A stretch of DNA of 64,000 bases from Opitutales bacterium (GTDB taxonomy: Bacteria; Verrucomicrobiota; Verrucomicrobiia; Opitutales; JABSRG01): the NCBI GenBank assembly GCA_049599475.1, contig JBMYOQ010000011.1:1-64000 (forward strand). Reading direction: 5' to 3'. A program made the translations under genes and the position numbers. This document shows, in pieces, positions 30,244 through 39,890 of this stretch (position 1 is its first letter; every line of letters begins with the position of its first letter). Under the pieces are notes generated by a model. The model was given only the letters and a program-made list of their open reading frames with translations. It had not been told where the DNA came from and ran no database searches.

Positions 30244-32289
30244 TTATTCGTTGGCAGGCACTGGCTTAGGATCGACCCATTTGCCGTGTTGCTTAATGAG
30301 GTCGACGAGACGGTCGACCGCTTCGTCCTGCGCAATGCCGGCCTTCACTACCTTTTTCCCGACATATAAATTTATTTTTCCAGGGGCGCCTCCCACGTAT
30401 CCGAAGTCGGCATCTGCCATTTCGCCCGGGCCATTTACAATACAGCCCATGACTGCGATGGTGACTCCCTTTAGGTGAGCGGTCTTTTCCTTTACCCGTG
30501 CGGTGGTGCTCTGCAAGTCGAAGAGCGTGCGCCCGCATGAAGGGCAGGCGACGTATTCGGTTTTCGAAATGCGTGAGCGGGCGGCTTGGAGGATGTTGTA
30601 GGCGAGACCGTTGGCCTGCTTGAGCTCCTTGAGCGCGTGGATGCTGATCATATCGCCCAGTCCGTCCGCGAGGAGTGGGCCGGCGAGAATACTGGCCTCG
30701 ATAAGCTGCCCTCCAAAGTAATCTGCGGGATCGATATGTGTCTCGGAGCCGAGACGGATCCAAAGCGGAGCATCGATTTCGGCTTGTTTCAGGGCCTCCG
30801 CGAGCTGTCGATACTGTCCGAGTGGATGAATAGAGTCACTCGGAACAAACTGGAGGCTGGCGATTACTGAACCGGAATTCAGGTTTGGAATGATTTCCTG
30901 TTCCCAGGTTTCGGGTGTCGCTTGGATTGCGAGCTGAGTCCCAAAATTTTCGGAAAGAGACTGTGCGGTCTGGAGCTGGGCTGCGGAGTCAAGGGAGGTT
31001 GAAATAATCCATCCATTAGCCCCTGCTGGGCGTTTCCAGTCAGAGAAAATATCCTCAAGCTGCTCAGAAGGGGCTTCGAGCACGAAAAACGGAATCACCG
31101 AGCTGAGGGCTGTGAAAATCGCTTCGACGTGCGGTAAGTCTGCTGCAGAAGCGACGGGTAGCAGGATGCCCTCGATCTTGGAGTCTTGGAAATGCAGTTG
31201 GGTTTGGCAGACAGCCTGGATGATTGCCTGAGTGTCCTCGATCGGATCAGTGGGCGCCAGACATACCGCGGGTACTTCCGATCCGCCGATCGCGACTTTG
31301 CTGGGAGTATTCGAAAGCTCGATAGTCTGTGTTTCGCGGCGTGTGTATTCGAAAGGATTGATGCTGTCTTTTGTGGAAGGAATGTCCTGCGGGGCTTGCT
31401 CACGCAGGATGGTTGCTCGCTTTGCTAGGTCGCGGGCAACGGGCAGCTCGTGGATCGGGTCCTCCGTGAGCGAGACGCGTATGGTGTCCCCCAGACCGTC
31501 GTAGAGTAGGGAGCCGATTCCGATGGTGCTCTTGATTCGGGCATCTTCACCATCGCCGGCCTCGGTAACACCCAAGTGTAGGGGATACTGCATCCCGAGT
31601 TCCTGCATGCGGGCGGCAGCGAGGCGATAGGCTTCGATCATGACCTTCGGATTCGAGGCCTTCATCGAAAGAATGATGTCGTGGAAATTGTGTGACTCTG
31701 CAATGCGAATGAACTCTAGCGCCGATTCCACCATGCCATTGGGCGTGTCGCCGTAGCGGTTCATAATCCGGTCGGACAGGGAGCCGTGATTGGTCCCTAT
31801 GCGCATCGCTTTGCCGAGCTCCTTGGAACGCAGAACGATGGGGGAGAAGGCCTCGTGAAGGCGCTCGAGCTCCTCCTCATATTGATCGTCAGAATACTCG
31901 CGAATTTTGAAAGCTTTGCGGTCGGCGTAGTTGCCAGGATTGATGCGCACCTTGTCGACATGGTTCACTGCCTCCATGGCTACCTTCGGGAGGAAGTGGA
32001 TATCGGCGACCAAAGGGACGTCTACTTTTGCCTTTTCGAGCTCGGCGCGGATCTCCTTGAGGGCCTCGCCCGCCTTCATCGTAGGAGCGGTAATCCGCAC
32101 GATCTCGCAACCCGCCTCCGCAAGCTCTATGGTCTGTTTGACTGTTCCAGCCACATCGCAGGTGTCGGTGGTGGTCATGGACTGGACGCGAACAGGATTC
32201 GCTCCGCCGATACCGACATCACCGACCCGGACTTCTCGGGTTTCCCAGCGGCGGGTCTGAAAGCGCGAATGACAGTAGCTCAGAGACAT
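30244..32289 (-). CDS. ispG: (E)-4-hydroxy-3-methylbut-2-enyl diphosphate synthase (long form)
   Basis: VRVQSMT, PLVADIHF, RINPGN, RIGTNHGSL, LHLGVTEAG, ACPSCGRT, MGCIVNGPGE. Confidence 0.95.
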   Translation of the reverse strand: MSLSYCHSRFQTRRWETREVRVGDVGIGGANPVRVQSMTTTDTCDVAGTVKQTIELAEAGCEIVRITAPTMKAGEALKEIRAELEKAKVDVPLVADIHFLPKVAMEAVNHVDKVRINPGNYADRKAFKIREYSDDQYEEELERLHEAFSPIVLRSKELGKAMRIGTNHGSLSDRIMNRYGDTPNGMVESALEFIRIAESHNFHDIILSMKASNPKVMIEAYRLAAARMQELGMQYPLHLGVTEAGDGEDARIKSTIGIGSLLYDGLGDTIRVSLTEDPIHELPVARDLAKRATILREQAPQDIPSTKDSINPFEYTRRETQTIELSNTPSKVAIGGSEVPAVCLAPTDPIEDTQAIIQAVCQTQLHFQDSKIEGILLPVASAADLPHVEAIFTALSSVIPFFVLEAPSEQLEDIFSDWKRPAGANGWIISTSLDSAAQLQTAQSLSENFGTQLAIQATPETWEQEIIPNLNSGSVIASLQFVPSDSIHPLGQYRQLAEALKQAEIDAPLWIRLGSETHIDPADYFGGQLIEASILAGPLLADGLGDMISIHALKELKQANGLAYNILQAARSRISKTEYVACPSCGRTLFDLQSTTARVKEKTAHLKGVTIAVMGCIVNGPGEMADADFGYVGGAPGKINLYVGKKVVKAGIAQDEAVDRLVDLIKQHGKWVDPKPVPANE

Positions 32290-32432
32290 GGCCGCAAGTT
32301 GCTATGAAAAAGGGTTCTGATCAAATCCAGAATCGAATGTTTTACATCATCACCTCGCGAGCCGCGTTAATCTATCCATCAATTCTCAAAGAAATCCTTG
32401 AGGCGGGAGCGTTCTTTGCTATGCGAAGAGTG

Positions 32433-33392
32433 ATGAACCGAGATGTTTCCAACTTACTTGCCGCTATGTTTGGTGTGCTGCTTTTATTCGGAGCTGCCTT
32501 TCTTTTCTTGCGAGAAAAAGATGCGCCGCCGGTTGTGGATGTTCCGGAGCCTGAGCCCAGCGAGTATTTTGTATACTTTCCAAAATTTGAGCAATGGTTG
32601 GAAACTCCGGTGAAGGTTCATGCTTTGCATAGCCTGAACAATGTGACGCTGGAGGAGATCAAGAACGGACAGAATATCGTGCGGACGGTGTTGTTCGACA
32701 CTGAGAACGCGCAGAAAGATTTGGCACGTATCGTTCAGGCGGTTGATTTGACATGTAGAGACATCGTACCTCCCGCCGATGGGGGAGAGCGAACGAGTAA
32801 GTTGCGGAGCGGCGTACTCGTCTTTGATTCTGATGATCTGTCGGATTTACGGATACCACGGCGCCCACAGCCATCGCCTGAAGTCGCTATTCCGGTGGCC
32901 CAGGACCTAGATCGCCTAATGCGCGGATTCTACATTCAAGATTTCGAAAAGGTTCAGAGCAGTTTTAATATCAAAGCAGACTCTTGGGAGAAGAAGTATT
33001 CGAGCTTCAATAGCGCATCAGGGGGCACACGGGTGGGGGCTTCGAGTATTCATTACATCCGTCAAGTTCGAAGCTTTTTACAGGGAATGGGCCAGATCAA
33101 CGATCGCTATCTCTATATTCAATCTAGCTTGAACGGGACGAATGAGGCGCGCGAAGACTGGAGCAAATTTAAGGAAGAAAGTATTCCAGGCCTTGAGGCG
33201 GTCATCGTCGGTGGGTCGAATGAATCTGTGGAAGTTCAGCCAGGAGGACGTGTTCCTTTTGAACAAACGCATTCGACGCGGTCTTATTTCGTCGGCGAAC
33301 TAGATATCCGAGGAAATAAAGTATTTTTGCTGCTTGGAAGCTACGCGGATCCCCGAATGAAAGTTCTATGGAGCCACAAGCGCCCCGTCTGA
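32433..33392 (+). CDS. Hypothetical protein with an N-terminal membrane anchor
   Basis: Long ORF divergent from ispG; hydrophobic LLAAMFGVLLLFGAAFLFL; start uncertain (32421 or 32433). Confidence 0.55.
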   Translation: MNRDVSNLLAAMFGVLLLFGAAFLFLREKDAPPVVDVPEPEPSEYFVYFPKFEQWLETPVKVHALHSLNNVTLEEIKNGQNIVRTVLFDTENAQKDLARIVQAVDLTCRDIVPPADGGERTSKLRSGVLVFDSDDLSDLRIPRRPQPSPEVAIPVAQDLDRLMRGFYIQDFEKVQSSFNIKADSWEKKYSSFNSASGGTRVGASSIHYIRQVRSFLQGMGQINDRYLYIQSSLNGTNEAREDWSKFKEESIPGLEAVIVGGSNESVEVQPGGRVPFEQTHSTRSYFVGELDIRGNKVFLLLGSYADPRMKVLWSHKRPV

Positions 33393-33399
33393 GGCGGCC

Positions 33400-35322
33400 C
33401 TAGACCACCTTATAAACGCGCATGGCCTTGTGGCCTTTATCGAGGGTTTTCTCTCCGAGAAATTCAAATTTGCTGTCGTAACCTTCTTCAGTCTTCGCGA
33501 GAGCGGCAAAATATTCGGATGCGTAGATCTGTCCCTCTTCCGCAATGGGCTCCAAGCGTGCGGCTAGACTGACATGCGATCCCGTGAAGGTAATGCAGCG
33601 CTGGATCGGGTCGAAACATTGGTAAAGTGGGCCGGCGTGTAGTCCGATGCGAAGCTTCAACTCAACTGAAAACGCATCGCTGATCTGTGCCTCTTGTAGC
33701 AGGGCTTTGGAAAAAGCTGCCGCGACCTGAGCTGAGGGGAAAACCGCGAAAAGCGCGTCGCCCCAAGTATTCGATACATCGGGAGCAAACTCTTCTTGGC
33801 TCATCAGCTCCGAGCATAGACCCAGGAATCTTGAGACAAATTCAGGGATTTCGACTTCGGGCAGGCGTGTGTAGCCGGACACATCGGCAAAGAGTATTGC
33901 TTTGGTCTCCTTGTGGGGGCGGAAGGGGGCCTTGTCTGAATTTCCCGAGTTGGATCGAGGCCTGACTGGTTGACGCCTGTTGATTTCTTCTAACTGCTGT
34001 CCCGAGTTGGCTTTGATGGTAAAAGCTTGGGGAGATGCAGTGTCTCGCCAGATATTTTCCGAAACGACGCCTTGGGCGTGCCATTGAGCAATGTTTAAGG
34101 CGGTGCCTCCTTGGCCGCGGGCGATAGCGCCGTCCCACACACTCAGGCCCCGCACCGCGAGATCCATTTGATCACTGATTAGCAGCGCTTTCCCGAGCAA
34201 AATATTGGATGCGAACTCGAAGTCGATTGGATCTCCAGAGTATGCGAATGGGTTGAGAATATTAATGGAAGTCGCACGCTCCAGCACCCAATTCAGACGA
34301 CTCTCCCAGTGGTCGCCCTCGGCGGAGTTGATGCAGATCTCTTTGAACGATTCCAATGAGAATGGAAGGATCACGTGAGCGTCGCCACCCTGCCGTATCA
34401 CCGATTCGAGGAACAAAAGATCTCCGCCAGAAGCTGCGCTGGAAAACCCAAAGCGCACATTGTTGTCTTTGACCCACTGATCTATCTGCTCGGCCAGGGC
34501 TGGGACATCTGATTCGCGCAAGCGTTGATTTTCGGCAGATACCATCGCAGGATCTGCCAGGTGGCCGGTGAATAAGGTTATAGCCCCGAGATTGAAAATT
34601 GGTTCCCAGGCATCGAGATCTTCGCCACGTGCTCTCAGAATGAGTCGGGCTTGTTTCCGTGTAGATGCCACATCTGCCCACTTATCTTTTCCTATCTTAC
34701 GTGCTTCGATATATGCCTCTTTTGCACCCCAAGCATCTCCTAGAAGTAGATTCGCTTCGCCCAGAGTCGCAAGATTCCAATAGGTGTTGTTCTCCTTCAA
34801 ACGTTTCAAGCAGACGCCGCGAATCTCGTCTGCAAGGTCGGCTGCGGAGTCCTTATCTCCCAGCAAATATGCTATCGTTGCTGCATTGATTCCAGGGTAA
34901 GGATCTCCGGAAATCCTCCATGCCCGGTTGTAGTAGGTGAGCGATTTTTGGAGATTCTTTATTTCTGGTTTCGGAACTGGGTGGGTGATCGTGTCCGATT
35001 TGTAAGAGCGGCCCAGGAGGGAAAGGGTCTCGGCATCTTCGGAAAATTGCCGGAGGGTGAGCTCTAGAAGCTCGCGGGCGGTCTGCGTGGCCCCGCAGCG
35101 CAAAAAGGCCAGGGCCCGTTGCTGTTGAAGCGTTTTGGAGCCTGGATGAATTTGCAGAGCGCGGGTGGCGAGTTCGACTGCCGAGAACGGATCGCCCAGG
35201 CTATTCAATTGTTTGACGGCAGATACGCAGTCGTCACTTGATGTGGCTTCAAGCAGTGTGGAATTCGCGAGCCAAAGGTTTCTGAGCTGGTAGACGCGGG
35301 ACTGGTTTCCGTCGGTAGACAT
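33400..35322 (-). CDS. TPR (DUF4071/TPR-S-like) + SLOG-like + class III nucleotide cyclase fusion
   Basis: ETLSLLGRSYK, YPGINAAT, YWNLATLGEA; LFTGH...SSAASGGDLLFLE...VILPF; ILFADVSGY, TWGDA, RIGLHAGP, G.HV..AARLEP. Likely ATG at 35322. Confidence 0.8.
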   Translation of the reverse strand: MSTDGNQSRVYQLRNLWLANSTLLEATSSDDCVSAVKQLNSLGDPFSAVELATRALQIHPGSKTLQQQRALAFLRCGATQTARELLELTLRQFSEDAETLSLLGRSYKSDTITHPVPKPEIKNLQKSLTYYNRAWRISGDPYPGINAATIAYLLGDKDSAADLADEIRGVCLKRLKENNTYWNLATLGEANLLLGDAWGAKEAYIEARKIGKDKWADVASTRKQARLILRARGEDLDAWEPIFNLGAITLFTGHLADPAMVSAENQRLRESDVPALAEQIDQWVKDNNVRFGFSSAASGGDLLFLESVIRQGGDAHVILPFSLESFKEICINSAEGDHWESRLNWVLERATSINILNPFAYSGDPIDFEFASNILLGKALLISDQMDLAVRGLSVWDGAIARGQGGTALNIAQWHAQGVVSENIWRDTASPQAFTIKANSGQQLEEINRRQPVRPRSNSGNSDKAPFRPHKETKAILFADVSGYTRLPEVEIPEFVSRFLGLCSELMSQEEFAPDVSNTWGDALFAVFPSAQVAAAFSKALLQEAQISDAFSVELKLRIGLHAGPLYQCFDPIQRCITFTGSHVSLAARLEPIAEEGQIYASEYFAALAKTEEGYDSKFEFLGEKTLDKGHKAMRVYKVV

Positions 35323-35430
35323 AGGAGGGTTTATCCCTGATAAAGGCTTATTGATAAGCTGTCTAGTGCTCACTGCCTCGTGTGCGGCGAATTGGAGCAT
35401 ATTTATTTTTCTAACGGCTTCCATCGCAGG

Positions 35431-35468
35431 AAAAAATAAGGGCGGCCGACACCTCCAGCCGGCCGCCC
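35431..35468 (-). terminator. Rho-independent terminator downstream of small ORF 35488-35694
   Basis: Stem GGGCGGCCG/CGGCCGCCC, followed on the minus strand by TTATTTTTT. Confidence 0.6.
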
Positions 35469-35487
35469 AGTCACACTGTATTGAGCT

Positions 35488-35694
35488 CTAACCTAACAGA
35501 CCTGTGCCGTTTTCACGACAAGCAGACCGATGTTTCCGGTTCGACATAGCCTCCCCGAAAGTCTTAAAATTCGTATCTCGATCGACCTTCTCGAAGAGTT
35601 TCAAGCGTTGAGTAGGCTTGAACGATTCCCTGTTCATTCTGCGAATCTGGGCGCAGTACAGGGAAGGTGTTTTAGTGAGAAATGCGGTGTGCAT
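35488..35694 (-). CDS. Small basic hypothetical protein (68 aa)
   Basis: ATG start in an otherwise empty spacer; followed by a strong terminator on the same strand. Confidence 0.4.
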   Translation of the reverse strand: MHTAFLTKTPSLYCAQIRRMNRESFKPTQRLKLFEKVDRDTNFKTFGEAMSNRKHRSACRENGTGLLG

Positions 35695-35968
35695 GATGGT
35701 CGGTATGTGAGAGTGAGATGTGTCGCGACTGCGGGTTGGTAAGTGATGCAGTGCGCGTTCACAGGGAATACGAAGAAAGCCGAGCCGTTTTCAGAAATTT
35801 TCTATTTTTCTGAAAAAACTTTCGTTTTCTCTCTGAAACCCTCGGTTTTTTCGGCGTATGATCGTGGCCAATTTGGGGTGACCGTATCTATTCAGGCGCG
35901 CTCCGGCAGAACGATGCGATTGGCCAATCAGCTAGAAATCGTCAAACCGAGCGCCACGGGGCGAGGGC

Positions 35969-38485
35969 TTATTCGCCATCTCTGAGAATGCTCAGAGGAG
36001 GGTGCTGCGCGATACCCCGGCTATTCAACATACCGGTAATGAGGGTCAGGAAGGCGACCCCAAGAGCCGCTAAAACCGAATCGCTAATCGGTAGGACCAC
36101 TTCGATCTCTAATAAGAACCGAGCTAGGGCCCAGGCGGCGAGCATGGCGATTATTATTCCGAGCGACGCCGCAATGGCGCCGATCATGAGATACTCAATT
36201 GCCATAATCCCCCTGACTTGTTTGCCACTGGCTCCCAAGGTGCGGAGCAATACACTTTCGCGCACGCGTTGATATCGGCTTGTGGTGATGGCGCTGGCGA
36301 GGACTACGATCCCTGTGCCAATTGTGAAAAGGGCCATGAAGCGGACTGCAAAGCTAATTTTCGAAAGAACGTTTTCCAGTGCGCTTAGGACTACCTGCAG
36401 ATCAACGGCAGATACATTTGGGAAATCTAGGAAAATATCGCGTTGAAGAGCGGCCGTGGTCTCCACGTCCGGTGAGCGGGTGACTGCGATCCACCAGTGT
36501 GGTGCAGCTTCGAGGACCCCAGTCGGGAAGGTGACAAAGAAATTGGGGCGCATTTGTAACCAGTCCACGGTTCGCAGGCTCGAAACGACCACTTCAATTG
36601 GAATGCCTTGGACATCGTATTCTAGTTTGTCGCCCAAGGTAACACCAAGATCTTTAGCCATGTCCTCTTCGAGTGAGACGGGCACGGGCTGTTTGAAGGG
36701 TTCCCACTCGGATACATATTCTCCTGCGATCAGTACTTCGGACTCGCGAGGGGCTGATCGGTAGGTGTTACGCCATTCGCGATTGAGGATCCAACCATCA
36801 ATCTTGTTTTCTGGATCCTTGCGAATCTCCGAGACGGATCGGCCTTTTACTGACTTTAGGCGCATCGTCACAATCGGAGCTTCTTCTTCGATGACGAGAC
36901 CGGCATCTTGAATTGTTTGATACACAGCCTCTCTCTGATCTGGTTGAATATCGAAGAGTAGGAGGTTGGGGTCGTCGCCCGTGGCGGCTCGCTCAGATTG
37001 TTGAAGTAGTCCGGTTTGTACAAGAGTCAGCGTGTAGACGAGAAAGGTCCCCATACCAATGCTCACCAGGAGGAATGTTGTGCGATTTTGAGGCCTATAC
37101 AGATTGGATAGGGCTTGCCGCAGGAGGTATAGATTGAGCAGGGGGAGTTTTTTGAGGATGAATTGGAGGATCTTCGCCGCTGCCCAGAAAATGAAAAAGG
37201 CCACCCCGATGAATGCTGCGAAAATGAGGCCGTGCCACCATACCTGGTTTTTCGCCATACAATATGCGGTCAAGGTCGCTCCGGTGAGTAGGGCCAGCGG
37301 AATGGTGAATTTATCTCGAGGTGTATTCCCCTCATCGATACGAGCTCTGAGTGCCCGCAGCGGACTGATGTTTCTGATGGGTAAGAGCGGAAACAGCGCA
37401 AATAAAACAGCTATGAGAAAACCGAAACTGGCTCCGCTCAATATACTGGGCCAGCTGATGAAAAACTCGAGATCTACCGGTAAAAGAGGCGCCAGGATAC
37501 GTGGGAGGAGAGTCTGTATACCTACGCCTAAGATGGCTCCAGCAATGGCCCCGAGTCCTGCGACTCCTGAGATCTGTAAAAGGAAAATGGAAAATGCGGT
37601 CTTGGATGAACTTCCCAAACAGCGGAGAATTGCGACGGTATCCCGCTTTTGCAAAAGGTATGCCTGGATAGACCCCGCGATGCCCACTCCGCCGAGCAGG
37701 AGCGAGATAAATCCGACGAGCCCGAGGTAGCGAGTGAGGTTTTCCAGGGGTTCTCCTACGTCCTCCTTGCGCTCTTCCACATCGTCGAGATTCAGGCGAT
37801 CTTCGGCAAAGTTGGCTTTTGTGAAATCTCTGAGAGCCCGGGTGTCGAGGGTGTTATTTTTGATGTATACTCGATGGAATGCGATGCTTCCTGTCTCGAT
37901 TAATCCTGTAGAATCGAGCTGTGTCTTGGGAATATAGATACGCGGTGCGAAGAGGCCTGCGAATCCAGACTCTCCCGGTATTTCAACGATTTCACCAATT
38001 ATCTTAAATTCGATTTCTCCGAGGCTCAGCGTGTCTCCGACTTTGAGCTCATACTGGGCCATCAGCACTGAATCAATGGTAGCTACGGGCTCGTCGTATT
38101 CTGCTGGATTGGCGCCTTCTGGATTTGTTTTGAATGTACCGTAGAACGGAAAACCTCCTTCGAGTGCGCGGACCTGAACTAATCGTGTCGACTCGTCCTT
38201 GTGGAAGTAAGCCATCGAGGAAAAGCGTGTCTCCCGGGCACGTTCGCCGCCCAAGGATTGTATCCAAAATTCTACATCATCAGAAAAGGGAGTGCGTGAA
38301 GAAACCTGAAGGTCGGCGCCGAGCAGAGTCATCGCTTCATCTTCGATCGCATCGCGGACGTTGTGCGTGAATGAATCGATTGCGACCATGGCAGCTACGC
38401 CAAACACGATGGCCAGAGCGCATAATGAGAGATGCTTGAGGCGGCTCTTGGCGTCGAGCCACGCAGTTGTGAGCAGAAATCTCAT
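35969..38485 (-). CDS. ABC transporter permease, YbbP/FtsX-like (MacB family)
   Basis: LLGADL, QVRALEGGFPFYG, ILRCLG, FDIQPDQ, R.VDW...PNFFV, LLRTLGA; two FtsX-like halves. Confidence 0.88.
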   Translation of the reverse strand: MRFLLTTAWLDAKSRLKHLSLCALAIVFGVAAMVAIDSFTHNVRDAIEDEAMTLLGADLQVSSRTPFSDDVEFWIQSLGGERARETRFSSMAYFHKDESTRLVQVRALEGGFPFYGTFKTNPEGANPAEYDEPVATIDSVLMAQYELKVGDTLSLGEIEFKIIGEIVEIPGESGFAGLFAPRIYIPKTQLDSTGLIETGSIAFHRVYIKNNTLDTRALRDFTKANFAEDRLNLDDVEERKEDVGEPLENLTRYLGLVGFISLLLGGVGIAGSIQAYLLQKRDTVAILRCLGSSSKTAFSIFLLQISGVAGLGAIAGAILGVGIQTLLPRILAPLLPVDLEFFISWPSILSGASFGFLIAVLFALFPLLPIRNISPLRALRARIDEGNTPRDKFTIPLALLTGATLTAYCMAKNQVWWHGLIFAAFIGVAFFIFWAAAKILQFILKKLPLLNLYLLRQALSNLYRPQNRTTFLLVSIGMGTFLVYTLTLVQTGLLQQSERAATGDDPNLLLFDIQPDQREAVYQTIQDAGLVIEEEAPIVTMRLKSVKGRSVSEIRKDPENKIDGWILNREWRNTYRSAPRESEVLIAGEYVSEWEPFKQPVPVSLEEDMAKDLGVTLGDKLEYDVQGIPIEVVVSSLRTVDWLQMRPNFFVTFPTGVLEAAPHWWIAVTRSPDVETTAALQRDIFLDFPNVSAVDLQVVLSALENVLSKISFAVRFMALFTIGTGIVVLASAITTSRYQRVRESVLLRTLGASGKQVRGIMAIEYLMIGAIAASLGIIIAMLAAWALARFLLEIEVVLPISDSVLAALGVAFLTLITGMLNSRGIAQHPPLSILRDGE

Positions 38486-39183
38486 TGAGCGCTATCGCCG
38501 ATCAGTTTGCCATCTCGAAGGCGAATTTGCGCATCGCACTTCTCTGCAAGTCCGAGATCGTGGGTCACCAGGACCAATGTGGTATTCTTGTCGCGATTCA
38601 TATCGAACAGCAGGTCGGTGACATGACCCCCATTCGACCCATCTAGATTTCCGGTAGGTTCGTCTGCGAAGAGAATTTTGGGCTCATTTACAAAAGCTCG
38701 CGCCAGGGCGACACGCTGCTGCTCTCCACCAGAAAGCTGGAGGGGGTAATGATCCAGGCGATGGCCGAGTCCCACAGATTTGAGCAGCTCCTTCGCACGT
38801 TCCCGAGAGCCGGGCGCTTTGCGTAGATCGAGAGGCACGGCCACGTTTTCTACAGCGGTAAGGGTGGGGATGAGTTGGAAATTCTGAAAAACGAAACCAA
38901 TGTGCTCGCCCCGGAAAGCCGCTCGTTCGTCTTCACTCAGCGGATTAAGTGAAGTGCCAAGAAGCTCGATATCTCCGCCGCTTGCGGTATCGAGTCCGGC
39001 GCACAGGCCGAGGAGTGTTGTTTTACCACTACCGGATGGGCCGACGATGGCCAGGCTTTGTCCGGCGTTTACTTCGAAACTTACGGCGTGAAGCACGGTC
39101 AGAGCATCTTCTCCGGATTGATAGGTCTTAGTCAGTCCAGTTGCTCGGATTATGGGCGAATTATGCGCGGTGGTTGACATCAT
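38482..39183 (-). CDS. ABC transporter ATP-binding protein, YbbA-like
   Basis: [36 protein letters not shown]. Confidence 0.92.
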   Translation of the reverse strand: MMSTTAHNSPIIRATGLTKTYQSGEDALTVLHAVSFEVNAGQSLAIVGPSGSGKTTLLGLCAGLDTASGGDIELLGTSLNPLSEDERAAFRGEHIGFVFQNFQLIPTLTAVENVAVPLDLRKAPGSRERAKELLKSVGLGHRLDHYPLQLSGGEQQRVALARAFVNEPKILFADEPTGNLDGSNGGHVTDLLFDMNRDKNTTLVLVTHDLGLAEKCDAQIRLRDGKLIGDSAQ

Positions 39184-39209
39184 TTAAAATTTCAAAGCAA
39201 TACGACTCT

Positions 39210-39845
39210 ATGCATCGATTCCTTAGCTTATTGCAAATAACAGTGCTCTTTTGCTGGGCCACTCCTTCGAATGCTGAGCTCGGTGCGGGGGAAACTGGCA
39301 GCATTTTGTTTTTTGGAGACAGCTTGACCGCAGCCTATGGCCTTGACGAAACGCAGGGATATCCGGCTTTGATTGGAGATAAAATTAAACAAGAGGGCCT
39401 TCCTTGGGAGACTTTTGTAGGGGCTGTCAGTGGCGATACCAGTGCGGGTGGATTAAGGCGTATCGATTGGATGCTACAGAGAAAGGTCGATATTTTCGTA
39501 TTGGCGCTAGGAGCAAATGATGGCTTGCGGGGGACTGAGCTGTCATCCACGCGAGACAATTTGCAACAGACGATTGATCGGGTCCTAAAGAAATACCCCT
39601 CTGCTGAGGTGATCATCGCTGGGATGCAAATGCCGCCCAATTTGGGTGCCAAATATACGGAAGAGTTCGCGGCGCTGTTTCCAGAGTTAGCCGAAAAGAA
39701 TAAGGCTCATTTGATTCCCTTCCTCCTGGAAGGTGTGGCGGCGAATAATGAGTTGAATCAAGAAGACATCATTCATCCGACGGCTGAGGGGCAAAAAGTC
39801 ATCGCGGAGAACGTCTGGAAGGTTCTCCGCCCCCTTCTGGATTGA
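39210..39845 (+). CDS. tesA: GDSL/SGNH arylesterase (TesA-like)
   Basis: FFGDSLTAAYG, VSGDTSAGG, LGANDGLRG, PPNLG, DIIHP; divergent from the ybbA-like gene, as in the conserved ybbAP-tesA arrangement. Confidence 0.85.
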   Translation: MHRFLSLLQITVLFCWATPSNAELGAGETGSILFFGDSLTAAYGLDETQGYPALIGDKIKQEGLPWETFVGAVSGDTSAGGLRRIDWMLQRKVDIFVLALGANDGLRGTELSSTRDNLQQTIDRVLKKYPSAEVIIAGMQMPPNLGAKYTEEFAALFPELAEKNKAHLIPFLLEGVAANNELNQEDIIHPTAEGQKVIAENVWKVLRPLLD

Positions 39846-39890
39846 CCCCTAGGGCTGCTGTTGCATTGCCATCCAAGGGATGGGATTACC

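Noticed and set aside
33400..35322. Pycsar system
   Set aside because: The domain architecture differs from PycC, and no co-oriented TIR or TM effector gene is adjacent.
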